Shown here: in pieces, positions 52,860 to 64,000 of the stretch
Numbering within the stretch: position 1 is the first letter of the stretch
Layout: the number at the start of each line of letters is the position of its first letter
Source: Octopus vulgaris
Taxonomy: Eukaryota
Length of the DNA stretch: 64,000 nucleotides
Direction of reading: 5' to 3'
Assembly (NCBI GenBank): GCA_951406725.2
Contig: OX597834.1
Location: forward strand, 8,556,001 to 8,620,000
Position numbers and translations under genes: made by a program
Notes under the pieces: model-generated
Seen by the model: the letters and a program-made list of their open reading frames with translations, nothing else
The model's database searches: none
Told to the model about the DNA's origin: nothing

Positions 52860-53056
52860 TAATACAAGCATGAAGATACAAAGAGAAAACAGAGAGGACG
52901 TGGAATAAATATAGTATTATTGGACGCTCAGGAAGGAAGGGAAGAAGGAGGGTTTAACGTTTCGAGCGGAGCTCTTCGTCAGAAATACATGAAAAGAAAG
53001 ATCCAGAGAAGGAAAGACGGAGGAAAACAATCGCCAAGGGTGCACACGCGCACACA

Positions 53057-53060
<4 letters not shown>
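52860..53060 (-). mobile_element. Short element flanked by microsatellites with a canonical minimal hammerhead core (52952-52986)
   Basis: Minus strand: ttt-CTGACGA-agagc-tcc-gctc-GAAA-cg-TT-aaa. The core CUGANGA...GAAA is intact, stem II is gagc/gctc, and AACGTT is palindromic. Confidence 0.75.
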
Positions 53061-53112
<52 letters not shown>

Positions 53113-53340
53113 AGATACATATATAAATAAATAGATATTTATAGATGCTTATGACATCATTTTTCTCTGGTGTTATAATAAGCAAGATTGTTACATTGAA
53201 CTGAAGTAATGAGGGTAAAGTTGGCAATCACTACGAACTTTGGACCAGTCCGATGCTGGTTAAATTGGCCACAAATTCAACGTCACTAAGTTACTACGAA
53301 AACTGTTCTTGTTAAAGATATTTAACACATGTATATATAC

Positions 53341-53388
<48 letters not shown>

Positions 53389-53425
53389 TTATATACATAT
53401 ACATAATATATATATATACATATGC

Positions 53426-53471
<46 letters not shown>

Positions 53472-53503
53472 TACATATAAATATACATATACATATACAT
53501 ATT

Positions 53504-53585
<82 letters not shown>

Positions 53586-54104
53586 TACACATATTAATAT
53601 GTATATATACCACATGTAAAATGGCATTTCTGAAGTGAAGATAGGATAGTGCTTTTGTGAAAGAATTCCGAAAATTAAATTAAATACATGAAACTGGTGA
53701 ATCCAAATCCTGTCAGTTTATGAAATATTGAATAATAGCAAAAATAATTAAACTTAATCTGTTAACTAAGGACCATAATTTAATTTTTGTGAAATGCAAT
53801 GGTAATATATGAATATAAATTTGTATAGCTTCATAAAAAAGTAAACGTTCCGTTCAAATAATATAATCTAATTAACAGTTTGTTAATTTTGTGTGTGGTT
53901 GTGTATGGTTTTGTTTTATTGGTGAATGAAATTTTTAATAAAAATGTATTTATTGATTCTTGTCTTAACCTGTATATGAACGAAACGTGTATACATGCAT
54001 CCGTATATATATATGTGTGTGTGTGTGTGTGTTTGTGTAGTGTGTGTGTGTGTGTGTGTTTGTGTATGTGTACATGTTCATGCATGTATATATACATGTC
54101 TACG

Positions 54105-54145
<41 letters not shown>

Positions 54146-54315
54146 ATATGTGCATGTATGCATGTAGGCGTATAAACATTATAACATACATACTCATACG
54201 TTATATTCTATTAAAATTTTAGCAAATATATGTTTGTGTATGTACTCATATATGCATGTATGCATAATAGTATATATATTTATATAAGTATATGATATAT
54301 ATATATTATATATGT

Positions 54316-54352
<37 letters not shown>

Positions 54353-54380
54353 CACATACGTATATATATATATGTATATA

Positions 54381-54446
<66 letters not shown>

Positions 54447-55109
54447 CGGATGTGTACATAAATATGTCCATGGTAAGAGTGAAACATTTCTATGAATATT
54501 TATCTTTCTCAAGAGTATAAGAATATCCGCACACACATGAATATGCATATGTATATATATATATGTGTGTGTGTGTGTGCGTGCGTGTGTGTGTGTGTGT
54601 GTTTGTGTATGTGTGTGTGTATTTATGTGTTTGTATGTATTTCTGTATGAATGTCTTGACACTGGCAATACATAAAACATATTTGTGTGATAAATGTTTA
54701 CCTAGGCAGCTCTATGTCAGCACTTTATATGGCATAATGATGACAGTGTCTTTTTTTATGGCCTGCAAAAATGTCTTTCTTAAAATAATGCAATTTGGTA
54801 TGTTTTAACCCATTTGAGTGGAAAAAAATACTGCTAATAGCTCATTCATGTGTGATACTGCCTGGCTGTCTGTCGATTGTCTATCTGTCTGTCTGTCTGT
54901 CTCTCTCACTTCCTCGCTCTTTCGATCTCTCTCTTCTTTCTAATGCCCGTGCTGCCGAATAAATCAACACAAATATATTTTCCAAGAATTATTATCAAGC
55001 ATGAGAATATTGGCTATTTAACACTTGTTTAAGAATAGAATAACTTTTTTTTGTGTGTTTTAGTATAACTATAAATGCCAAGAGATCTTTATTCACATTC
55101 ATTATGAAC

Positions 55110-56235
55110 AATATCATGCGTAGACCGAGAAAGATTTCTTGGTGCGTGGGAGATCGGCAAGCCTCCACAGTCCTCTGCCAGTCGGTAGAATTTCCACATT
55201 GGAAGGCTATAACGGATTCGTGTCGGGGAAACTCTGGGCGTCTGGAGAGATCAGTTAGTTGGTATTTATATAGACGCGGCGAGCTGGCAGAAATGTTATT
55301 ACGCCAGGCAAAATGCGTAGCCGTATTTTGTCTGCCGCTACGTTCTGAGTTCAAATTCCGCCGAGGTCGACTTTGCCTTTCATCCTTTCGGGGTTGATAA
55401 ATTAAGTACCAGTTACGCACTGGGGTCGATATAATCGATTTAATCCGTGTGTCTGTCCTTGTCTGTCCCCTCTGTGTTTAACCCCTTGTGGGTAGTGAAG
55501 AAATAGGTATTACACTGTGGACTTCCGCGTTGGAGCCTATGCACAAATTCCAGAAATCCCTGGCCTTTCAGTACTACCGGGAGAGCTCACCCAGTTCGAG
55601 GCAAACTCTACAGGCATGGAACAGATGTCGAACAGACCTGATGGAGATGTGAGCAATCGATTAAACCTTTCTTTATACACTTACCCAGTGTCCAGGCATT
55701 GCTGACTAGAGTAAATTTGTCGAGCAGTCGTTGTCAAATTCATGGCGGAACCGCTTAACGGCCGAATTCATCTTTTGACGGGAAGGCAGCTTTCTCCTGT
55801 CATGTGGTCAAGTTGAATAATGCAAAGTAATATCCGTGGTTGGAACAACTGGTGACAGATAATTTCCTGTTCGGCGAAGCCATCATCGACTTGTTGAAGT
55901 TTCACTTGAAAAGAGTGATGGATTTTGAAAGGTGAGTGAACGTGACGAAGATGGCCCGTGTGATTGGACCTACGATGACCACAAGCCTGAATACCGGAAG
56001 GCTTGAAAAGAAGACAGACAGCTGCCAGAGTTGCCTGAGAATATTTGTCGTTCTAAGGTGCTCTGGGATGGAAATTTTCCGCTTCTGGTGGAACTGTATT
56101 CTTTAAATGATATTTATAATTGCTACTCTTTTTATTGTATTCAGGTATTTTTGTGCTAAACCCCTATTAATCCCTTGTTTTGTTTACAGTCGTTTTGTGT
56201 TATAAGTCCCGCCCTTGTACCCAATGAAGAAAAGA
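55110..56235 (+). mobile_element. L1/Tx1-like LINE ORF2 3' remnant interrupted by a family B SINE (55276-55505)
   Basis: PMHKFQKSLAFQYYRE / PVRGKLYRHGTDVEQT*WRCEQS / TFLYTLTQCPGIAD*SKFVEQSL is a decayed form of the LPVR..L.R.G.....CPRC...ET..H.L..CP zinc knuckle, followed by a T-rich 3' UTR. Confidence 0.65.
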
Positions 56236-56254
56236 TTGTCGATATGTCTTTTTA

Positions 56255-56490
56255 TACTCTAGGCACAAAGACAGAAATTTTGGGTAGGGGGCCAGACGAT
56301 TAGATTGGCCCCAGTACGCAACTGGTGTTTAATTTATCGACCTCGAAAGGACGAAGAGCAAAGTCGCTCTCGGCGGAATTTTTGCTCTGAACGTAAAGAC
56401 AGAAGTAATCCCTATTTCTTTACTACCCACAAAGGGTTAAACACAGAGGGAACAAACAAGGACAGACAAACGGATTAAGTCGATTATAGG
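56255..56490 (-). mobile_element. Family B SINE pieces: young tail joined to the body of another copy
   Basis: The minus-strand junction taaagaaatagggattacttctgtctttacgttcagagc has the same register as the other dimers. Confidence 0.8.
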
Positions 56491-57470
56491 CAAAGTCGAC
56501 CTATATTTGTTTGTGATGTAGTCTCTGCGTGGTGAAGAGCGCGCGTGCGTATCTCTGAAGGTGTGTGTGTACATGTGTGCGTGTGTGTGTTTACATATAT
56601 GAATTTTGTTTGTGTGTGTTTGTGTCTGAGTGTGTGCGTTTTTTTTGTTTGTGTATGTAAGCACGTGTGTACGTATTTGTGTGCGTCAAATACACGCTGA
56701 CGCACATACATGCGCACAGTGAGAGTAAATGAACAGAGCTCCGATAACGGACAGAATCAACATCCATTGACAAGGATGCAAAAGCTACAAAAAGTTTGGA
56801 AAAAATATATATAAATAATAAATAAGTGGAAATTGAAGTTGTGACTGCGTTAGATAGTAATTCTGTATAACTCCTCAGACACAACAATTTTTTTCTCAAA
56901 ACATTTAGAAATATCCCTCCATAATATACAATTTGAACACATAAATATGGTAACTACCGCATACATTTGTTGTCTAAGATGAAATACTATCATATCTAAA
57001 TTAAATGTTAATTGCCATTTGTTTTTAATTAAGTTTTCCCACTTCTCTATTTATAGTGGTAACAAGAAGTTATCCATTATAATTTTCTATATCTCTTTCT
57101 TTATATTTCCATTTTCCATTTTATTTTTAATTTGTTTTGCTTTGATTTTATTTTTTGCTTTTCTTTTGTTTTATCTACTTGTGTAATTTGCTCTAACGAT
57201 TATCCTCAAGAATTATATCTTAACCTTACTAGTGCAGTTGTAGCAGTGATATCTTAGTTCTGTCATTTAGGATTATAGTGAAGACTTAGCTTTATAGTTA
57301 TTTCTCCTGTAATAGTTTATTTATACTCTTTGTTTACTAGTTTCAAATAATACTGTCCACTGTTTGTACTTATATGATTTTATGGAAACTAAATAGATTT
57401 TGATACATCAGGATTAAAATAATTAGTATACGATGTCGGCGATTTCGCTTTTATATTTGCAAACACTACC

Positions 57471-57700
57471 TATTTCTTTATTACCCACAAGGGGCTAAAC
57501 ACAGAGGGGACAAACAAGGACAGACATAGGTATTCAGTCGATTACATCGAACCCAGTGCGTAACTGGTACTTAATTTATCGACCCCGAAAGGATGAAAGG
57601 CAAAGTCGACCTCGGCGGAATTTGAACTCACAACGTAAGGCAGACGAAATACCGCTAAGCATTTCGCCCGACGAGCTAACGTTACTGCCAGCTCGCCGCC
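57471..57700 (-). mobile_element. SINE family B, full length
   Basis: tatttctttattacccacaagggg...ctgccagctcgccgcc. Confidence 0.95.
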
Positions 57701-58001
57701 CTTGCATGCCCGCTACTGTTTTGTCGCACGTTGGGATGCCTTCTACTCAACCCTGCTCTCTACTCTACTACTACTCAACTCTCCTAGCTACTCTCTCACC
57801 GCTACTATTCTGCTCTTATCTGACGTTTAGACTTCTCTCTCTATATCTACGCATTGGGCTAGTCTACTACGTTGTCTGGGGGCGTCCACACAACAGCCAC
57901 AAACCGTAAGGAGGCTGTAGGATAAAATTTTCTTTACTGGTGAAGAATTAAGATATTTCTTTGTATGTCCTACGTATACGTTTTGTTGTATTAAATGGAA
58001 T

Positions 58002-58040
<39 letters not shown>

Positions 58041-58334
58041 GAGAGATAGAGAGAGAGGTATATATATAAATTGCATGACGACCCTTAAATAGCTATGGCT
58101 GTTCATATGCATACTTCAATGATGGGTAGGATATGGCCCCCAGTGGGTAATAAAGAAATTGATAGGCAGGGTACGTAAATTAGAAATCCCATTGTATATA
58201 TGACTGACAATTGAAATTCAGAAATATAAAGACAAACAAAGAAAAAACTAACGAACCAATGGGCACAGATGGAAGGTAAAAACCTCTTAATTATAGAGAC
58301 AGAGAGAGAAAAAGCAAACAGAGACGCGGTGTAT

Positions 58335-58662
58335 ATTTTTGTGTGAGTATAGTATTCCACTTCTTCCGAACTCTATTCACTATTTACCTAACTCTTAAGA
58401 ACTTGAAGTAATTGATTTAGTAAAGGTGAAGGTTTTAATTAGTAAAGGTTTAGCAATGGGAGTTTAATCATCTCTGGCAGCAAATTGTTGGAATTTAATG
58501 TTTAACTTATTGGGAAGGTCTTTAATCTACTTAATTACAGCTTCTGAATTTTTCAATAAGTTGGATTGGGAGGCTATCTCCTTAAATTTAGATAATATCT
58601 TATCTAGTATTTGTTCGCTAATTATTCTGTATCAGATTTAGTACATGTTATTAGTCGAAAAG
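58335..58662 (-). mobile_element. Penelope-like reverse transcriptase N-terminal remnant
   Basis: FRLITCTKSD / ISEQILDKILSKFKEIASQSNLLKNSEAVIK*IKDLPNKLNIKFQQFAARDD*TPIAKPLLIKTFTFTKSIT matches the recalled PLE RT CRLINPAKS.IG.ISKQILDKI......LNQWKN..AVI.WFK.IPNK...KF.QFDI.DFYPSI...LL.KAL.FAK. Confidence 0.75.
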
Positions 58663-58769
58663 ATAGATCGTTGGTAAAATTACTTTGCAGCCTGATGAAT
58701 ATATCATGATCGTTCAGGTGTAAGAAAATGTGTAATGGTGCGTTCTCCACTGTTTATATCATTGAGGAT

Positions 58770-59154
58770 GTGGAGGCGCAATGGCCCAGTGGTTAGGGCA
58801 GCAGACTCGCGGTCATAGGATCGCGGTTTCCATTCCCAGACCGGGCGTTGTGAGTGTTTATTGAGCGAAAACACCTAAAAGCTCCACGAGGCTCCGGCAG
58901 GGGATGGTGGTGATCCCTGCTGTACTCTTTCGCCACAATTTTCTCTCACTCTTACTTCCTGTTTCTGTTGTACCTGTATTTCAAAGGGCCGGCCTTGTCA
59001 CTCCCTGTGTCACGCTGAATATCCCGAGAACTACGTTAAGGGTACACGTGTCTGTGGAGTGCTCATCCACTTACACTTTAGTTTCACGAGCAGGCTGTTC
59101 CGTTGATTCGGATCAACCGGAACCCTCGTCGTCGTAACCGACGGAGTGCTTCCA
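58770..59154 (+). mobile_element. SINE family C, full length (tRNA-Arg-like head), with 67-bp flanking duplication
   Basis: A box tggcccagtggtt, anticodon-arm-like gac-TCG-cggtc, B-box-like ggtttccattccc, 3' end gtaaccgacggagtgcttcca. The flanks 58701-58767 and 59155-59221 are copies of each other. Confidence 0.93.
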
Positions 59155-59751
59155 ATATCATGAATGTTCAGGTGTAAGAAAATGTGTAATGGTGCATTCT
59201 CCATCGTTTATATCGTTGAGGGTAGCCAGTTTGGTTTACATAGAATCGTTTGATAGACTTTAATATAACATAATGACATAATAGCATATGTGCTTAATAT
59301 ATGTTCTCTCTCATCTGAATGCACTTAGTTATGTTGGGAAATTCAAATATTCTCTTTCGAATTGATCTTAGATTTTGGCACAGCGTCAGTAATTCCGGTT
59401 GATGGTTTAAGTCGATTATATCAACCCCAGTGCTGAACTGGTACTTGTTTTATCAACACCGAATGGCGGAATTGCGAAGTGGCCCTCAATGGAATGCGAA
59501 ATCAGAACCTAAAGAGGGCCGAAATACGGCTAAGCATTTTCCTCGGCGTGCTTAAGGATTCTGCCAGCTCAAATTACTATTAGAAATAAAGTCTAAGGCG
59601 GTGACCTGGCAGAATCGCTACGACGCTGGAAAAATTGCTTGGCATTTTTTCTGACTTGCGTCTTCCTTGCCGCTGGATTCTATTTTGCGTTTCGTTCTTT
59701 GGAGTCGATGAAATAAGGGTAACCGACTTGTCCCTTCCCTCAAAGATGGTG

Positions 59752-59803
<52 letters not shown>

Positions 59804-60095
59804 TGCACAGAGAGAGAGAAAGAGAAAATAAGAAATGGAACAATAAGTAACAATGAGAAGTGGTTCATTGGTGTTTTAAAGTCATTATTTAATTAAAATA
59901 AGAGTATGTTTACAGCTGTTTCTGTTTATCAATATCCACTTCTCATTGTTAATTCCGATTTTCTTTTGCCATAATATTAGATGCACAATTCTACACCTTT
60001 CATAAACTGAAGGTGTTCTCGTTACGTTAAGTGAAATCATTTCCGCTGGAATTGATTGCTTTGTGCATAGTGAATGGCTTCAGAGTTTTATTTTG

Positions 60096-60203
<108 letters not shown>

Positions 60204-60319
60204 AGCTCTTTCGAGGTCCATAAATTAAGTACCAGTTGCGTACTGGGACGATCTAATCGCCTGGTCCCTCCCCAAAATTTCTGGCTTTGTGCCATGAGTA
60301 GAATAGGATAAAGCGACAA

Positions 60320-60361
<42 letters not shown>

Positions 60362-61495
60362 AGCATGCATGATATATATACTCGTACAAAAATGTTTTAC
60401 TGAGCGTACGCGTTGTCGTTTGTCGTGAGAATTTCCATCGTTTTCGTGAGAATTTCGTGTATTTTCTTCTTGTATGAAACGAGAATCTAAAGAAAAATGA
60501 AAAATTACTACTATTGCCGCTTTTGCTACTTGTTGAATATTATTATTTGAAATTATCGATTCGCTCTTGAACTTTGATATTTTCCAGTTCTCATCAACTC
60601 TAAAAGGACCTTAATTTAAAAACCTTTGAAAATTCATCATTTCCTCGTGAATTCCCTTTCATGTTTTCGCTTTTTTTTCTTCTGTACGTTATATCCGACA
60701 TATCACAAGTTAAAATTCTAAACAGAAGCGCATTTCCCCTAAATGCAACGAGCAGAGCACGTTTGGCGGAAATATTGCTTCCTGCATATATCACTTATGT
60801 ATTGTAATAATAACATCCAACACCGTTCTGCATTCTTAATTTTCCCTCTTTTTTTTTAATTTTCTGTTGAGGTGGATTTCAGTTAATATCATGGCGTACA
60901 ATATTCTCGACATATAGTTAATACTCAAACAGAGAGCCAATGAGCCAATTTATAATTTGGCTGTAAGAACGATAGCAATTACTCAGAAACATCTTCTGCA
61001 TGAATTTCTAAATGCTAAGTTCCTTGCTAACATTATGAATGTTGTGAACCGAGAAATTTTATAAAGTGAATATAATTTCGTAGTCAGGAATATATAATCG
61101 TTCTATTAATTATCAAAGCTGGTGAAAAGAGATGGGAGATTGGGGCAACCTGAATTCCTAATTGATTAAAAAAAATCGATTGAGATAGAATGCGGAAAAA
61201 AGCAATGGCGCTTGAGCCTATTTCCGATATTTATACTACAGTGCTAATTTCAGAAATGCTGGAGTCTTTTGAGATTTGAACAAAGTTAAGGTTTTAAAGA
61301 AAACATCTCCGAAATTCAGGGATTCAGTTATCTGTATAGAGGTATAATGATTATATAATGATTACACTTTCCTTACAACGACAATAATATCAGATAATTA
61401 AATTTCTTGATGCTCAACGCATCAGGAATGTAAGCTTAATTTGGACTAACTCTCTTTCCTACGCGTATATATTATATACATGAATGCATATATGA

Positions 61496-61545
<50 letters not shown>

Positions 61546-61620
61546 GTATATGTATATGTATATATATATATATATTTATATATATATGTATATATATATA
61601 CACATATATATGTAAATATG

Positions 61621-61669
<49 letters not shown>

Positions 61670-62078
61670 ATGTGTGTATGAGTGTGTGGATGTATGATCA
61701 TTTGTGTGTTAGTAGGTATGCACACATATATATATATATGTGTGTCTAAGTATTGTGGGAGATTTGGGAGTGAGTGTACGCAATTACTTGTGTGAGAAGT
61801 TGAAATAAGCCTTTGTTGAGAATTTATCTTTAAGCTAATTGTTCCTTGCTCTCGTCACGGGTGTAATTTTAGTTAATTATGACTTCTTAATTCACTCTAA
61901 GTATAATAGGACCGATGGATTAGATTTTACTGCTGTTAGGCTATAACTACCACAATAATTATTAGGAAACGAGTAAGGATTACTAGCTAAACGTTATCGT
62001 GTACTGAGTTTAACACAAAGCATATTATAACAATACTCATTAACTATTAATACTACTTTAGCTTCATTTTTGGATTCG

Positions 62079-62411
62079 GTTTGCAAGAGTCTTGTGTGTT
62101 GAAGCATATTCTATTGCCTGGGGAGAGTCATTTTCTTTTTGTGCCTTATGATGTAACACACGCACCGGTAAAATTTCCAATTATTTTTTACTTTTATTTT
62201 CTAAAAATTTTCTTTGCGTCGTGCAAACTTTTCAATAGTCTTGAAAAGGTTGCAAAACGCAACAAAAAATTTAAGAAAATAAAAGTAAAAAATAAGGGGA
62301 AATTTTACCGGTGAGTGTGTTACATCATAAGGCACAAAAAGAAAATGACTCTCCCCAGACACAACAGAATATTTTAGGTGTTTAAAGCAATTGTGGAAGA
62401 CAGTTACAAAC
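62079..62411. mobile_element. Fold-back MITE (near-perfect palindromic core 62118-62358)
   Basis: ctggggagagtcattttctttttgtgccttatgatgtaacacac... and its reverse complement pair almost to the centre (ttttcaa-tagtc-ttgaaaa). Weaker pairing extends outward. Confidence 0.9.
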
Positions 62412-62809
62412 ATATTTTAGTGGAACTAAGACCGAAAAATTGGTATTAGTATAAAGTATTTTAAACTCGTTTTCGTGGAAAAAGTGTTGGGATAAATGAT
62501 CATTTTTATAATGTGAGTGTTATCAGCTCACCTGTTCTCACCTGTTCTTTAATTATACTATGAGTGTAATCACACTGCTATGGCTATGTACTTTGTTCTC
62601 GTTGTTCACTAGTAGATTAGTCACGGTCATTTCTGGTGAGAAGCATCCGAAACATATCCACTCTCTCATGTTAAGGCTTCATTGAACACACTTGAAAGGT
62701 AATACAATTAGAACTTTGGCATTGCTTGTAGTGGTAGAGCACCTATTCTTTGTTTCTGACTAAAAGTAGACTTTTATTTCATTCTGGTTTCCCTTTATTC
62801 ATATTTGAA

Positions 62810-63404
62810 ATGGATAACCAAAAATTTCACATTAGCATTGTAATGCTTTTCGTATTTTAAAAATGGAGAAAATGCTGCAAGGATTTCCGAAATGTAATGC
62901 TTTTTTTTGTGTGTGATGATGCTGTATGGGAAACAACTTTTCGAAGGTGGTTTGCAGAATTTTAAACTTGACTGTTTAGCTTGGAAGATGACAGCTGCAG
63001 TGGAAGACCTCCAAAATTGGATGATGTCTTGAAGGCAAAAATCGAAGAAAACTCAAATATCACGACTAGAGAACGTGTAGGGTAGTTGGAAGCTTTTAAA
63101 AGTACGGCTCATAAATACCTAATGAAGCTAGGATAGATTCCTCACTATAATGTACAGGTCCTTCACAATGACTCAGAAAAGCATTGCTTGGACCGGTATT
63201 CTGTTTGCGATATGCTTTTGAAACTGTATGAAATCATACCCTTTTTTTAAAACAACTTGTGACTGAAGATGAAAAATGGATTGTGTACGAAATCGTAGTG
63301 TGTAAAAGATCCGGGATTCTCACAAAATAGCAACCAAAGACGAATACCCATGCCAAAAATGTTGTGCTTTGTGTTTGGCGGGATCAAAAAGGCATTATTT
63401 ATTA
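62810..63404 (+). pseudogene. Mariner transposase pseudogene, N-terminal half
   Basis: MDNQKFHI...TFRRWFAEF..FSLEDDSCSGRPPKLDDVLKAKIEENSNITTRE...KQLVTEDEKWIVY...VVLCVWRDQKGIIY contains the mariner HTH domains, the first catalytic motif TGDEKW and the LCVWWD.KG motif. Many stops and frameshifts. Confidence 0.9.
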
Positions 63405-63828
63405 AGCCTTAATACTTGTCGTCGTCGATTATTTCCTCTGTATGTCCAACCTGTCGTTGGTCGTTCGTTGGAAGCTCTAACTCTCCAGAATTTTTTCTAT
63501 TTTCAAAATTTCTGGCTGCTGCTATTTTATGAAGGTTTCCTATTTGGCTGTCGAAATCTGGAAATAGGGAGAAATTAAGTCGACAACTGAGGAGAGGTTA
63601 GACTTCTTTTGGCATGTTGTCCCGTACTTGTCGCGCGTTATGTGCTTAAGTATTTTTTCACTCGTCGATGATGACCTGTACTCGATGTATTATATATGAG
63701 TGTGTGTGTGTATCAGTGCGCATATGTAAATAAACATATAATTACACACACATATATATGAATGTGTGTATCAGTCCCTATATATAAATAAATATATAAT
63801 TACACGTATACATATATGTGTATAGAAA

Positions 63829-64000
63829 TGGAAGTACTCCGTCGGTTACGACGATGAGGGTTCCGGTTGATCCGAATCAACGGAACAGCCTGCTCATGAA
63901 ATTAACGTGTAAGTGGCTGAGCACTCCACAGAGACGTGCACCCTTAACGTAGTTCTCGGCGATATTCAGCGTGACACAGAGAGTGACAAGGCCGGCCCTT
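63829..64000 (-). mobile_element. SINE family C 3' portion (runs off the window)
   Basis: tggaagtactccgtcggttacgacgatgagggttccgg... is the reverse complement of about 58985-59154. Confidence 0.92.

Noticed and set aside
58770-58845. tRNA-Arg gene
   Set aside because: The cloverleaf and B box are imperfect and the sequence continues into a repeated SINE body; it is a SINE head.
60880-61300. Possible Merlin/ISXO2-like transposase traces
   Set aside because: Weak fragments in non-colinear order.

Overview
Eukaryotic, very AT-rich, microsatellite-saturated non-coding DNA (intron or intergenic), most likely from an octopus or other cephalopod; this is inferred from the recalled SINE families and the (TA)n/(CA)n/(GATA)n density, not from a search. 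No intact protein-coding gene is supported, and nearly all ORFs in the track are microsatellite or SINE read-throughs. The window is mostly decayed mobile DNA. It holds about 20 copies of a tRNA-headed SINE with an internal microsatellite (family A), about 20 copies of a second tRNA-headed SINE (family B) and three copies of a tRNA-Arg-like SINE (family C). It also holds remnants of Penelope-like (PLE), RTE, R4/Dong-like, L1/Tx1-like, BEL/Pao, Tc1/mariner, hAT-like and Helitron elements, a complete non-autonomous Helitron and a fold-back MITE. Four things stand out: (1) short elements embedded in (TA)n, often fold-back, that carry hammerhead-ribozyme cores; (2) a SINE head with a tRNA promoter fused to a hammerhead-bearing module; (3) family B insertions whose target duplications start with GGTA, including insertions into its own head; (4) a 67-bp target-site duplication with CpG decay. 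All translations and alignments were done by eye, and the ends of decayed elements are approximate.
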